Positions 16,004 through 26,618 of a stretch of 32,000 nucleotides of DNA are shown here, in pieces. The position numbers were made by a program, and so were the translations under genes. The stretch is from positions 1,410,001-1,442,000 of the forward strand of contig NZ_CP147990.1 of the NCBI RefSeq assembly GCF_037902255.1. The letters are read 5' to 3'. Source of the DNA: Candidatus Electrothrix sp. GW3-4 (GTDB lineage: Bacteria > Desulfobacterota > Desulfobulbia > Desulfobulbales > Desulfobulbaceae). The first letter of the stretch is position 1, and the number at the start of each line of letters is the position of its first letter. The notes under the pieces are model-generated. The model had not been told where the DNA came from. It did no database searches and worked only from the letters and a program-made list of their open reading frames with translations.

Positions 16004-17557
16004 ATGAAATTAGTGAGAAAAAAAAGAGCTCCTGCGTCATCAGCGGAAGAGATCGTCAGACAGCCCTGGAAGATATTGGTCATTGACGATGAGCCGTCAG
16101 TGCATACCCTTACCCAGCTCATCCTGAAACGGATGGAATTCGCTGACCGTACGATACAACTTTTCTCTGCCTTTTCCGCCCAAGAGGCCAAGGAAATGCT
16201 GCAAAAAGAGCAGGATATTGCCGTAGCCCTGGTTGATGTGGTTATGGAGAGCGAACATGCCGGACTGGAACTGGTGGAGTATATCCGTGAAGAGTTGGGC
16301 AATCGGTATGTCAGGCTGATTATCCGGACAGGGCAGGCCGGGGCAGCCCCGGAGAGGGAGGTCATTGATCATTACGATATTGACGATTATAAGGACAAGA
16401 CTGAGCTGACCGCTCAGAAACTGTACACAACCATTCGTTCAGCGCTCAAGGCCTATCGTGATATTATGATTATTGATAGCAACAGGCAAGGGCTTGAGCG
16501 TATATTGAACGCCACACCAGGGCTCTATTTGCCCAGCTTTGAATCTATTGACCAGTTTTTTCAAGGGGTGTTGCAGCAGCTCATAGGCCTCTGTCAGTTA
16601 GGGGGAAACGGCCTCCTCTGTACCATCAATGGCTTTATTTCCACCTTTGATAGTAATCATGCACAAATTCGTGCCGGTACGGGAGATTTTGCCCAGGAAG
16701 GAGACATAAACCACCGTCCTGAATGCGTCGGTATTTTTCAAACCTGTTCACGAATCATTCAGGAAGGACGAGGGCCTCGTAGCGGCGAGTTAAAGCCTGG
16801 TGCCCTGCTGTTGCCTCTGGGGAATAAAGAGCAGAAGCCCGGCTTTATCTATTTGGAGAATACCCATTTTCTCAGTGATGATGATCAGCATCTTATCCAG
16901 GTTATGGTCAACCAATGCTCTTCGGCCCTGGAAAACCTGAAACTCCATTTTGAATTAAAGGAGGCCAACCAGGAATCTCTCTATATGTTGGCGGTTGCAG
17001 CAGAATTTAAGGATAAAACGACAGGTGCCCATATTCAACGCATAGCTGAATATACCCGTCTCCTTGCTTTGGAAATGGGGATGGCAAAAGAAGAGGCGAA
17101 AAACTGTGGTCAAGCAAGTATGTTGCACGATATCGGGAAGTTGGGTATTCCTGATGCCATTTTGCAAAAACCGGGGAAACTTACCGATGAGGAACGTGCC
17201 ATCGTTCGTACGCACACAACCCTGGGCGGCCGAATTTTGGCAAATCATCAATGGTTTCAGTTGGCCAGGCAGATCGCTCTCAACCACCATGAATATTGGG
17301 ACGGAAGTGGCTATCCCAGAGGGCTTAAGGGAGATGAAATCCCTTTGACGGCGCGCATTGTCTCGGTTGTGGATGTCTATGATGCCCTCTTGCATGAACG
17401 TCCTTATAAAGAGGCATGGGGGCCGGAACGGTGCCTCTCTACCCTGCAAGAAAATGCAGGTACCCAGTTTGATCCGGCTGTGATTGCCGCCTTTGTCCGT
17501 TTAGCAGAGCGCGGTGTTCTTCCGATAGAACAGAAAGGAAATGCTTCCCCCAAATAA
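16004..17557 (+). CDS. Response regulator with HD-GYP c-di-GMP phosphodiesterase output (REC, middle domain, HD-GYP)
   Basis: REC domain: KILVIDDEPSV...VALVDVVMESEHAGLELV...IIRTGQ. HD-GYP domain: HDIGKLGIPDAILQKPGKLTDEE...HHEYWDGSGYPRGL. The ATG lies 3 nt after the lpxB stop. Confidence 0.85.
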   Translation: MKLVRKKRAPASSAEEIVRQPWKILVIDDEPSVHTLTQLILKRMEFADRTIQLFSAFSAQEAKEMLQKEQDIAVALVDVVMESEHAGLELVEYIREELGNRYVRLIIRTGQAGAAPEREVIDHYDIDDYKDKTELTAQKLYTTIRSALKAYRDIMIIDSNRQGLERILNATPGLYLPSFESIDQFFQGVLQQLIGLCQLGGNGLLCTINGFISTFDSNHAQIRAGTGDFAQEGDINHRPECVGIFQTCSRIIQEGRGPRSGELKPGALLLPLGNKEQKPGFIYLENTHFLSDDDQHLIQVMVNQCSSALENLKLHFELKEANQESLYMLAVAAEFKDKTTGAHIQRIAEYTRLLALEMGMAKEEAKNCGQASMLHDIGKLGIPDAILQKPGKLTDEERAIVRTHTTLGGRILANHQWFQLARQIALNHHEYWDGSGYPRGLKGDEIPLTARIVSVVDVYDALLHERPYKEAWGPERCLSTLQENAGTQFDPAVIAAFVRLAERGVLPIEQKGNASPK

Positions 17558-17562
17558 CAGCA

Positions 17563-19578
17563 ATGACCCGCCAACAGCTAAATAGGTATCGCCATATTTT
17601 TACCCTCCTGCCTTTTGACCTTGTTCCAGGCTTTGTTCTGATGACAGGTCTCAGTCTTGTCTTATTTTTTATCAGCCGGTATAGCTACCTTCTTTTCCAT
17701 TCCCTGGTGGAACTTTTTTCTATTATTGTGGCAGTGATGATGTTTGTGGTCGCCTGGAATACATACAATTTCTCCCGCAATCATTTCTTGATGTATTTGG
17801 GATGTGGGTATCTCTGGATTGCCTTGCTGGCTCTTCTCCATACCCTCATGTATAAAGGCATGAATGTCTTTCCGGAAGCCATCGGTGCTAATCCGGCAAC
17901 GCAGTTCTGGATTGCCGAGCGTTACTTGGAAGCGCTGCTTCTGGTCTCCGCTCCTGTTTTTCTTACGCGTTCTCTGAACCGTCGGTATGCCATGCTCATT
18001 CTGTCTGCTGTCACTTTCGTCCTTATCGTCGCCATTCTGGGAGGACGGTTTCCTGATGCCTATCTGGAGAGAACAGGGCTTACTCCGTTTAAGGTATATA
18101 GTGAGTATATTATTATCACTATGATGGTCAGTGCCGGTCTGTTTCTTTTTCACCGTCGTACCCTGCTCTCCCCTCGTATTTATCGTATTATGTTGGCCGG
18201 AATCATTCTGAGTATAGGTGTTGATCTGGCTTTTACCTTCTATGTCAGCGTCTATGATTTTTCCAATCTGGTCGGCCATCTTTTGCAACTCTACTCGTTT
18301 TGGCTTATCTATGAGGCGATTATCCATACAACCTTGCATCATCCGTTCACGGTGATGGCGCGCGATGCGAACACCTATCATGCCATTCCCCAAGCAACGG
18401 TCTTGCTTGATCATGAAGGCAGGCTGCGGCAGGCAAATAAGGCTGCCTGTCTGGAACTCGGTCTGGGAGAAGATGAGCTGGTTGGCCAGGATTGCCATTC
18501 CCTGTTGCATCCTCTTTATCTCAGCAGGGAGTCCTGTCCCTTATGTCGGGCTCTCTTGGCCGGTGAAGAACTTCCACCTACAGAGTTAAAGCTGGATAAC
18601 GAACGGGGGTGGCGTAAGTTTACCCTGAGCTTGGTGGATATAGGAGAAGGTGGCAAGGGAATGGTGCAGGTCAGTAATAATATTAATAGACGAAAAAGGG
18701 CTGAAGCAGAACTTGAGGCAACGCTGCATAATCTGGATAGAAAAGTCGCTCAACGGACCCATGAACTGCACAGCAAAATCGTGGAGTTAGAACAGGCCCG
18801 GGATCATCTTGTGGCCAGCGAGAAAATGGCCTCTTTAGGGCGTCTTGTGGCAGGCTTTGCCCATGAAATCAATACGCCTATTGGTATTGCCGTTGGCGCC
18901 GCATCTCAGCTTCAGGATGCAGCCAATGAGATCAAGCTGATGCTGGCATCCGAGGAGGTAGAGGAGGAGGAACTGGAAGAGGTCTTGGATATTATAACCG
19001 AGGGCACCGAGTTAACGTTGAGTAATCTTCGCCGTGCAGCAGAGTTAGTTCAACGGTTTAAGCGGTCGTCCATTGATCGGACCTCAGAGGAAGTCCGCCA
19101 TTTTCGGGTTCGTGAATTGATTGAAGATGTCTTGGTCACCCTGCATAATAGCCTGAAAAAAACGCAGGTCAAGATACTCATTGAATGCCCTGAGGAACTG
19201 CGCATTATCAGTGTGCCTGGTCTGCTTGAACAGGTCCTTGTCAACCTGATCCAAAACAGCCTTATTCACGGTTTTGATAACGGAAGCGCCAGCGGGGAAA
19301 TTCGTATTTCCTGTAGTACACGGGATAGCTTCCATTTGGTGTACCAGGATAATGGCAAGGGGATGAGTCCCGAGACACTGGATCATCTCTTTGAACCCTT
19401 TTCCACCACAAAACGTGGTTCTGGCAGTGGTCTTGGAATGTATATCAGCTATAATCTTGTCCATCGCCATCACGGCACCCTGTATTGTGAAAGTGAGTTC
19501 GGTCACGGGGTCTGGTTTGCCTTGGATCTGCCCATCGGGACTATGGTAGACCTTGAAAAGGCAGCAATGCAAAACTAA
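17563..19578 (+). CDS. Sensor histidine kinase (multi-TM MASE3-like sensor, PAS, HisKA, HATPase)
   Basis: The N-terminal membrane domain has about 7 TM segments and the motif FHSLVELFSIIVAVMMF. H-box FAHEINTPIG, N-box LIQNSLIHGF, G1 QDNGKGM and G2 GSGSGLGM are present. The start lies 5 nt after the regulator's stop. Confidence 0.85.
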   Translation: MTRQQLNRYRHIFTLLPFDLVPGFVLMTGLSLVLFFISRYSYLLFHSLVELFSIIVAVMMFVVAWNTYNFSRNHFLMYLGCGYLWIALLALLHTLMYKGMNVFPEAIGANPATQFWIAERYLEALLLVSAPVFLTRSLNRRYAMLILSAVTFVLIVAILGGRFPDAYLERTGLTPFKVYSEYIIITMMVSAGLFLFHRRTLLSPRIYRIMLAGIILSIGVDLAFTFYVSVYDFSNLVGHLLQLYSFWLIYEAIIHTTLHHPFTVMARDANTYHAIPQATVLLDHEGRLRQANKAACLELGLGEDELVGQDCHSLLHPLYLSRESCPLCRALLAGEELPPTELKLDNERGWRKFTLSLVDIGEGGKGMVQVSNNINRRKRAEAELEATLHNLDRKVAQRTHELHSKIVELEQARDHLVASEKMASLGRLVAGFAHEINTPIGIAVGAASQLQDAANEIKLMLASEEVEEEELEEVLDIITEGTELTLSNLRRAAELVQRFKRSSIDRTSEEVRHFRVRELIEDVLVTLHNSLKKTQVKILIECPEELRIISVPGLLEQVLVNLIQNSLIHGFDNGSASGEIRISCSTRDSFHLVYQDNGKGMSPETLDHLFEPFSTTKRGSGSGLGMYISYNLVHRHHGTLYCESEFGHGVWFALDLPIGTMVDLEKAAMQN

Positions 19579-19608
19579 GTTTTTTCGCTCTAACGAGAAG
19601 GGGGTAAC

Positions 19609-21291
19609 TTATCGCGCAACCCGTTTGATCACAGAAAAGTCCTTGTCCGGCCGAAAGGGTTTGGTCAGATAGTCATCCATGCCTGCCTGAAGACATTTTT
19701 CCCGGTCTTCGGACATGGCATGGGCCGTGAGTGCCACGATGGGCGTATATTCTCCCTGAATGCGCTTACGGAGTCTGCTCAGCTCCTCTTTGTAATGATT
19801 GTCGGTGTATACCTCGCCCCGCTCGCACCCCCGTATGTATTTTGTCGCCTTGATGCCATCCATAACAGGCATCTGGATATCCATGACCACCACGGAATAT
19901 TCATTTTCTGCCAGCAATTTGAGGCATTCTAACCCGTCTGAAGCAGCTGTCACGGAATGACCTTTTCCTTCAAAGATGGTTCTGATCAATTGCTGATTAA
20001 AAAGGTTATCCTCTACCAAAAGAATATTTAGGCTGACACCGAGCTTTTCCTGGATGCCCATTTTTTGAGGACAACCCGTACTATTTCCTGGTTGCTGTTT
20101 TAGATACAGTGAAAAGCAAAATTTGCTTCCTTGATCCACATTGGTTTCAAACCATATCTTGCCACCTAAAAAGTTCACGAGCTTATCACACACAGTCAAC
20201 CCGAGGCCAACCCCGCCAAAGCGGCGGGTCATACTGGTGTCGGCCTGGGTGAAGCCGTTAAAAACCTCTCCTCTGAATTTTTCACTGATGCCTGGTCCTG
20301 TATCTGTGACACAGAATTGGATAACTGCTCCTTGGTCATTCTGTGATAACAGCTCAAGAGTAAGATGAATCTTTCCTGAGTCGGTAAACTTAATCGCATT
20401 GTCAAGCAATTTATTGAGGATTTGCTCAATCCGTTGAATATCACCGAACAATTTGTCAGGTACTGCATCATCAGTACAGCTGGTCAGCTCCAGTCCTTTC
20501 TCTTGCGTGCGCTGAAGAAAGGGCTGGATAATTTGGTGTAGAGAAGAGCGCAGTTCAAAAGGGATATTTTCAACCGTGAGCTGCTTTGCCTCCATCTTGG
20601 AAATATCAAGGATGTCATTGAGGATATGCAGCAAAGAATTAGAAGATTGATAGGCATCAGCAAGAAAGCGTTCCTGAGCCTGAGACAGAGAAGTGTTTAG
20701 GGCAAGGCGAATATTGCCAAGAATAATATTCAGGGGAGTGCGAATTTCATGGCTCATATTGGCGAGAAATTCTGTTTTTGCCGCATTTGCTGATTCAGCC
20801 GCTTCCTTGGCAATGGTAAGCTCTTGATTAATACGGACAAGATCATCGGTTTTCTCTCTGACCATATCTTCAAGATGATGCCTGTAGAGATCCAGCTCTT
20901 TTTCTGTCCTCCCCTTGTATAGGGCGATCTCAATGGTGGAGAAAAGAACATTTTCCTGGAAGGGTTTTTGAATGTAGCCCAGAGGTGCGGAGTGTTTAGC
21001 CCGTTCAAAGGTCTTTTTATCTGTATTCGCAGTCAGGAAAACTACCGGGAAGGCATATTTCCGGCGAATTTCTTTTGCTGCCTCAATCCCATCCATATCT
21101 CCTTTGAGGAAGATGTCCATGAGGATCAGATCCGGTTGCAACTCTCCGGCCTTGTCGATCGCCTTGCGGCCAGTGTCCACGACAAGAGGAACGTCATATC
21201 CCTGTCTGACCAACCTGGCCTGAAGCTCCATGCCGATAATTGCCTCATCTTCAACCACCAGTATTCGTACCACCTTATCGTTGTTATTCAT
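19609..21291 (-). CDS. Hybrid histidine kinase (REC, HisKA, HATPase, REC)
   Basis: REC1: [12 protein letters not shown]...[15 protein letters not shown]-box [10 protein letters not shown], plus [17 protein letters not shown] and GGVGLGL. REC2: [10 protein letters not shown]...[14 protein letters not shown] prefer the ATG at 21291 (MNNNDKVVR) over the track's start at 21387. Confidence 0.85.
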   Translation of the reverse strand: MNNNDKVVRILVVEDEAIIGMELQARLVRQGYDVPLVVDTGRKAIDKAGELQPDLILMDIFLKGDMDGIEAAKEIRRKYAFPVVFLTANTDKKTFERAKHSAPLGYIQKPFQENVLFSTIEIALYKGRTEKELDLYRHHLEDMVREKTDDLVRINQELTIAKEAAESANAAKTEFLANMSHEIRTPLNIILGNIRLALNTSLSQAQERFLADAYQSSNSLLHILNDILDISKMEAKQLTVENIPFELRSSLHQIIQPFLQRTQEKGLELTSCTDDAVPDKLFGDIQRIEQILNKLLDNAIKFTDSGKIHLTLELLSQNDQGAVIQFCVTDTGPGISEKFRGEVFNGFTQADTSMTRRFGGVGLGLTVCDKLVNFLGGKIWFETNVDQGSKFCFSLYLKQQPGNSTGCPQKMGIQEKLGVSLNILLVEDNLFNQQLIRTIFEGKGHSVTAASDGLECLKLLAENEYSVVVMDIQMPVMDGIKATKYIRGCERGEVYTDNHYKEELSRLRKRIQGEYTPIVALTAHAMSEDREKCLQAGMDDYLTKPFRPDKDFSVIKRVAR

Positions 21292-21386
21292 GGCTATTTT
21301 GCCTTGCGCATCTGATCTATCTGAAGAGCACCAGATATTATTGATTGGAAGAGTGTCGTCTGTTCCGCAAAAAAACGAGGCAAGCA

Positions 21387-24011
21387 TCAGGCGGAAAAAC
21401 GTAACTGACAGAGTAAGCCGCCCTGGTTTTCAAATTGCAAATCGCCATCCAGCTGGCTTGCCAGGGTACGAATGAGATGTAACCCCAGGGTGTTAGATAC
21501 CCCCCAGTCATAATCTGTTGGAAATCCTGAGCCGTTATCACTGACAGAAAGCAGACAGATTTTATTTTTCCTGATAAAACGGATGGTCAGTATCCCTGTT
21601 TCAAGGCCTTTCTTGTTCTGAAAGGCATGTTTTAAGCTATTGGTTATAAGTTCGTTTACGATTAAACCGCATGGTACTGCGGTATCCACAGGAAGGTCAA
21701 TGGATTCCGCCTCAATTTGAAAAAGCACATCGTGAGCACCATAGGCCTGGCGCAAGGAGGAGATAAGTATTTCGACATATTCCTTAAAAGGTACCTTGGA
21801 GAGATTTCCAGACTGATACAGCAGTTCATGTACCAGCCCCATGCTTTTTACCCGGTCCTGGCTTTCCTGCAGGATATCCAAGGCCTCTTGGTTTTTAATA
21901 CTCTGGGCCTGTAAGAACATGAGACTCGCAACGATCTGCATATTATTTTTGACCCGGTGGTGGATCTCTTTGAGCAGGGATTCTTTTTCAAGCAGAGCTG
22001 CTTTGAGATCGTCTTCCGCCTTTTTTCGCTCAGTGACGTCTTCTATCATCAATAAGAGGCGCTGTTCATCACGGAGCATAAAGGGCACGAAGATTCCTTT
22101 GAAAAAATTTTGTTTTCCGCTGGCGTCCTCAATCTCAAAATTATGGCAGATATTGGTATGCAGTGCAATACTCTGTTTTGCTGCTGTGCAAAGGCCAGTA
22201 TCCAGCCAGTAATCGATTTCATTATAATTCGAGCAGAGTTGCTGTTTCTGGGAAAAACCTGTAATTTTTTTCATGCACGTGTTGATTGCAATGCACTCTC
22301 CAGCTCTGTTATAAACAGAGAGACCTACAGGGAATTCTTCGATAATTTTGTTGTTGAATTCAAGGGTCTTGCGTAGCTCAAGGTCTGCATTCTTGCGCTG
22401 TATGATATTACCGACACGGACAGCAATCTCATTAAGCAGGTGCCGTTCTTCTTTTTGAAACGGACCTTCATCAGCATCGGGGAACTTGCGGCTATAACAG
22501 ACCTGGACGAAGCCTCGTGTTTCTCCGTTGAGCATTACAGGAGCCTCCTGTATCCACGGGGTCTTGTCAAACGTATCGCTTGTTGTCTCATAATCATCAA
22601 TAATTATGCGGGCGCCAGCATAGTCGGCATGTTGCCATGAGGAGGCAATAAGTTCTGCCATTTCCTTGAGAATATGCGTGAGTGCGGTATCAGCATGCTC
22701 AGCCAAACGAGAAAGGCCGTACAGGCAGTTGAGCTCTTTGATGCGCCCGGCATTCTCCGTTATGAGTTTTTTTCTTTCTGTTTCTACACGGTTGCGTTCA
22801 GAAATGTCGGTCATTACGGTCCCTACCCCGTAAATTTCATTATTGCTCCCCTTCAGGGGAAAACGATCAACGATAAAGGTCTTTGTTCCCTTGGCAATAT
22901 GGCAGGATTTTTCTTCAGTGAGATGACAATATTTTTCCTCAACCTCTGTTGCCTTACCCAGCTTAATGACCTTTACGTCTTCATCATGTTGTTGTTGGGC
23001 AGTATCGGCTGGAAAAAGATCTGTTGCTGTTTTGCCGATGAGCTGTTTCTGGGAATGGGCAAAGAGGTCGCTAAACTTGCGGTTGACAATGATAAATTTT
23101 CCTGCTCTATCCTTTAGAGTGATAGCTGTTGGGGAATATTCTATAATGTCACTGAGGTGCCTTTGAGTATGTTCCAGTTCCAGGGTGCGTTTTTTTAATT
23201 CTCGTTGGCTATAGCATAATTTTTCAACCTTTTTATTGTAAAGGTTAAAGAAGAACAGGAGGATAATTATATAGGCAAGGAGGCGAAGCATATGCCAAAG
23301 CCACCAGGTGGCATCCCATAAAAAAGAAAAGTGAAAAAGGAGGGCTGCCATCCCGAAAAGAAGGCAATGGTTTGCCAGTAGAGTGCGTTCAAGGCTGAAA
23401 TTTTCAGGAGTTCGCTGGTAGAATTGGCACCAGGCGATAAGAAATCCGATTCCTCCGGTAATATTCATGAGTTCAGCTGTGAAGGAGAAGTTATTCACGC
23501 CGATTTTTGCCATATCTGGAACTGATTCTGGAAAAAGGATGGAAAATGTTCCGAGCAACACGCTTAAAAACGCCATGAGATATGGGGCATTCTGTAGCCA
23601 CGATAACTCAGAAATACGATCTGGCAGGACAATGAGCGCAAAGGTCAAACCGCCAACAAACGTTGCAAGGCTGTGAAGCCAGACAAAAGTTGGTCCTGAA
23701 GCAACACCAGCATGAAAACCGTCCAGCAGTCCCATCCCCATCAGCGTACAGGCTACCCAGAGGTAGCTTGGGCTGAGTTGCTTATTTCGCCGCATAATAA
23801 TAATGAAGCCTGAAAGTACGACGGCAGCAAAAGAGCCCACTGATTCAACAAAAGAATGAAACGGTTCATTAATCCAGCGCCATTTATCAAGGTACATATT
23901 GAACAGGGTCGCGATACCGACAGGCAGTACCGCACTGGGAAGCACTGTGGTCAAAAGAATTCGATAGAGAGGCAGGCTCTGTTTATACCCCTCTCCTGAA
24001 TTACCCAGCAT
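21387..24011 (-). CDS. Membrane sensor kinase (multi-TM sensor, PAS, GAF-like, PAS, HisKA_2/HATPase_c)
   Basis: The N-terminal membrane domain carries [19 protein letters not shown]-like blocks are present, and a GAF-like module carries the ELNCLYGLS signature. The HisKA_2 H-box is [16 protein letters not shown], followed by [20 protein letters not shown] and [15 protein letters not shown] lies 9 nt upstream of the ATG at 24011. Confidence 0.85.
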   Translation of the reverse strand: MLGNSGEGYKQSLPLYRILLTTVLPSAVLPVGIATLFNMYLDKWRWINEPFHSFVESVGSFAAVVLSGFIIIMRRNKQLSPSYLWVACTLMGMGLLDGFHAGVASGPTFVWLHSLATFVGGLTFALIVLPDRISELSWLQNAPYLMAFLSVLLGTFSILFPESVPDMAKIGVNNFSFTAELMNITGGIGFLIAWCQFYQRTPENFSLERTLLANHCLLFGMAALLFHFSFLWDATWWLWHMLRLLAYIIILLFFFNLYNKKVEKLCYSQRELKKRTLELEHTQRHLSDIIEYSPTAITLKDRAGKFIIVNRKFSDLFAHSQKQLIGKTATDLFPADTAQQQHDEDVKVIKLGKATEVEEKYCHLTEEKSCHIAKGTKTFIVDRFPLKGSNNEIYGVGTVMTDISERNRVETERKKLITENAGRIKELNCLYGLSRLAEHADTALTHILKEMAELIASSWQHADYAGARIIIDDYETTSDTFDKTPWIQEAPVMLNGETRGFVQVCYSRKFPDADEGPFQKEERHLLNEIAVRVGNIIQRKNADLELRKTLEFNNKIIEEFPVGLSVYNRAGECIAINTCMKKITGFSQKQQLCSNYNEIDYWLDTGLCTAAKQSIALHTNICHNFEIEDASGKQNFFKGIFVPFMLRDEQRLLLMIEDVTERKKAEDDLKAALLEKESLLKEIHHRVKNNMQIVASLMFLQAQSIKNQEALDILQESQDRVKSMGLVHELLYQSGNLSKVPFKEYVEILISSLRQAYGAHDVLFQIEAESIDLPVDTAVPCGLIVNELITNSLKHAFQNKKGLETGILTIRFIRKNKICLLSVSDNGSGFPTDYDWGVSNTLGLHLIRTLASQLDGDLQFENQGGLLCQLRFSA

Positions 24012-24074
24012 AATAATGATCTCCTCTGTATAATATTATTACACTGTTTGCTGCAGGATGAGTTTATGAAAGAG

Positions 24075-25820
24075 TTAGAGCTTTCCGCGCCGAAGGATAG
24101 AGATGAGCAACCAGAAGCCCATGATTCCGGCAATAAGAAAACCGGCCAAGCCAATAACAGGGATGCCGTGCCAACGTGGTTTGATCCCGGAAAGGACAAT
24201 CAGGGAAGAACCGATAATCTGGGCTGCAAGGACAATGGCAAAGGCGATCCGGTTGGAAACCCGGTAAAGGGCCCGTTCCAGTGGGCGTAACCCCCTGTGT
24301 TTGAACTCCAGTTTCATCCTCCCTTGGCGAAGCTGGGTAAGGATACTGCGGGTTTCACCGGGGAGGTCACGAATAAGACTCAGGTATTGGTAACTGGTTG
24401 CGGAAAGATCATCAACCAAACGACGGGGATGGATCCTGTCCAGCTTGATTTTTTTCATAAAGGGCTTGGCCAGGGCTAGAAGCTCAAGCTCCGGGGCCAA
24501 CATCATGCCGACCCCTTCCACGGTAGCCAATGCCTTAAACATCAAATAGAGATTCGGCTTTAAAAAGAGGCGATGTTTGCTCAGCAGCTTCAGCAGTTCA
24601 AGATGTACTTTTTCCACCTTTAATTCGCCGATAGGGAGATGCATGTAGCGGCCTACCAACTCACTGATATCCAAGGACAGTCTATCGCGATCTACCTCTC
24701 CTCTGTGTATCGTCATTTTGAGAATCCCGTTGACGGCCTCACTTTCCTTGCCTGAGGTAATACTGAGGATAAAATCGGTAAAGTTCTCCCTGTCCTTTAA
24801 GAGCAGCCTGCCCATTTGGCCAAAATCAATGAAGCAGATTTTGTTTTCCGGTAAGATAAAAAGGTTTCCAGGATGTGGATCAGCATGAAAAAAGCCATGA
24901 ACAAAAATTTGTTCCATCACCAGGTTGGCACCTCGTTCGGCAATAAGGGGGAGATCGTATCCTTGCTTTTTCAGTTCAGCAACATGAGAGGCCTTGATGC
25001 CGTTCACCCGTTCCATAACCAGGATTCGTTCTGTGGACAGCTCTGGAAAGACTTCAGGCACATATATATTGGAGCTGCGAGATAAGAGCTGGGAAAAATG
25101 ATGAATATTGGCAAGCTCTATCGTAAAGTCGATCTCTCTGGAAAGGCTAATGGTGAATTCTTCTACAATAACAGTTGGTTGATGCCCTTGGATCTCTTCA
25201 AAATGATCTTCCATTAATCTGGCGATCTGGGCCAAAATCTCCAGGTCGACTGCAATGATCTTCTCCAGACCAGGGCGCTGAACCTTTACCACCACATCTT
25301 GTTGTGACGCTGCTTGGTTTTTTGGGGAACGCCTTGTGCTCTTGAGGGAGTCAGAGGCGATACGGGCAAGATGGACCTGTCCGATAGAGGCGGCAGCTAA
25401 CGGCGTAACGGAAAAATCAGAGAAGATTTCTGTTGGATCTTTTCCCTGGTCCTCCCGGAAAATCTGCTGTACTTCTTGGTAGGAAAAGGGGGGGACATTA
25501 TCCTGGAGTTTTCGTAACTCATCAAGATAATCAGGCGGAACAAAATCAGGACGGGTGGAAAGCAGCTGGCCGAGCTTGATAAAGGTAGGACCTAATTCCT
25601 CCAACCCCATGCGCAGACGTTCCGGCCGGGAATAGCGGAATATCTGCTCATGGGGCTTGCGGTTGATCATCTGCAGGCCGGTTTCCAGATAATGATCGAT
25701 ATGTAAATAATCGACCAGATCATGAAAACCGTATTTAAACAGAATCCGCAGGATCTGCCGGTATCGGGTAAGATGTCGGTAGGTGCGGTTAAGAGCACCA
25801 AGTTGCCTGATACTGACCAT
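24075..25820 (-). CDS. ABC1/UbiB-family atypical kinase with C-terminal TM helices
   Basis: The motifs AAASIGQVHLA, VKVQRPG, HADPHPGNLFIL and IDFGQMG are present, with two C-terminal hydrophobic helices. The start lies 6 nt after the upstream gene's stop. Confidence 0.85.
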   Translation of the reverse strand: MVSIRQLGALNRTYRHLTRYRQILRILFKYGFHDLVDYLHIDHYLETGLQMINRKPHEQIFRYSRPERLRMGLEELGPTFIKLGQLLSTRPDFVPPDYLDELRKLQDNVPPFSYQEVQQIFREDQGKDPTEIFSDFSVTPLAAASIGQVHLARIASDSLKSTRRSPKNQAASQQDVVVKVQRPGLEKIIAVDLEILAQIARLMEDHFEEIQGHQPTVIVEEFTISLSREIDFTIELANIHHFSQLLSRSSNIYVPEVFPELSTERILVMERVNGIKASHVAELKKQGYDLPLIAERGANLVMEQIFVHGFFHADPHPGNLFILPENKICFIDFGQMGRLLLKDRENFTDFILSITSGKESEAVNGILKMTIHRGEVDRDRLSLDISELVGRYMHLPIGELKVEKVHLELLKLLSKHRLFLKPNLYLMFKALATVEGVGMMLAPELELLALAKPFMKKIKLDRIHPRRLVDDLSATSYQYLSLIRDLPGETRSILTQLRQGRMKLEFKHRGLRPLERALYRVSNRIAFAIVLAAQIIGSSLIVLSGIKPRWHGIPVIGLAGFLIAGIMGFWLLISILRRGKL

Positions 25821-25826
25821 TAAACG

Positions 25827-26156
25827 TTATGCATCATTACTGCTTGATTCTGGATCTTCCTTGCTGTTTAAAGCAACCTGCAATTCTTCTATCTTGCGAC
25901 GTAGTTCGGCAAGCTCGTCAGCAGTAGCAAGATCAAGTCCTTTAATGCGCTCTTCCACCTGACGGTTGAGCCAGAGTTCCAACTGGTCCCGAGCGCTGTC
26001 TGATCTTTTGAGCAGGTCGTCGACGAATTCTTTGCCTTCTTCCCTGGTCATATTACCACGTTCTACCAATTCGTTGCGGAGCTCATCCAGTTTGTCACGG
26101 GTGAGAAAAGCGGCTCCAACGCTGGTGTAAAGCAGGTTTTTGAGCAATTCTTTCAT
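25827..26156 (-). CDS. Phasin-like small coiled-coil protein (COG3937-type)
   Basis: MKELLKNLLYTSVGAAFLTRDKLDEL...LATADELAELRRKIEELQ. The ATG at 26156 has AAGGAGG 7 nt upstream. The track's longer start at 26201 lacks an SD. Confidence 0.7.
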   Translation of the reverse strand: MKELLKNLLYTSVGAAFLTRDKLDELRNELVERGNMTREEGKEFVDDLLKRSDSARDQLELWLNRQVEERIKGLDLATADELAELRRKIEELQVALNSKEDPESSSNDA

Positions 26157-26240
26157 GGTGTATTCCTCCTTGGTGAGACAGTTTTGATTCACTGCGGACA
26201 ATCCCGGAGATCGTCCTTTTTCAGTGTTTCTTTTTTGCTT

Positions 26241-26618
26241 CTATTTTTTGTCAATATCCCGATGGGATACAATTAGCTCGTCTTCGCTGTCGAGGTGTTT
26301 GGAGAGAATATTACGTAGGTATTCAACTACGGCAACGGAGCGGTGACGCCCTCCAGTGCAGCCGATTGCACAGCGCAGGCCCTCCCGTTTCCCTGCCTTA
26401 TGCTGGATCAGTGTAAAGGCGAGGAGAGCAACAAGGTGCTGTAAAAATTCCCGAGCCTTTGCATTCTCCAGGGCATAGGTTGCCACTTGCTCTTCCTGGC
26501 CCGTATGTTCCCGCAGATGCTCATCCCAGTAGGGATTAGGGAGAAAACGAACATCCCAGACGATATTGGCATCAGGATAGCCGTGTTTAAAGCCAAAGGA
26601 AAAAAGGGTAATCTTCAT
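26241..26618 (-). CDS. Stand-alone RapZ (YhbJ) C-terminal-domain protein; no P-loop N-terminal domain
   Basis: MKITLFSFGFKHGYPDANIVWDVRFLPNPYWDEHLREHTGQ...LRCAIGCTGGRHRSVAVVEYL matches the conserved C-terminal half of RapZ (FGFKHG, DVRFLPNP, IGCTGGxHRSV). It is only 125 aa long. The ATG at 26618 has GGAG 8 nt upstream. Confidence 0.8.
   Translation of the reverse strand: MKITLFSFGFKHGYPDANIVWDVRFLPNPYWDEHLREHTGQEEQVATYALENAKAREFLQHLVALLAFTLIQHKAGKREGLRCAIGCTGGRHRSVAVVEYLRNILSKHLDSEDELIVSHRDIDKK

Noticed and set aside
17662-18510. 282-aa minus-strand ORF
   Set aside because: It is antisense to the membrane and PAS region of the 671-aa histidine kinase. Its composition is typical of a shadow frame and it has no motifs.
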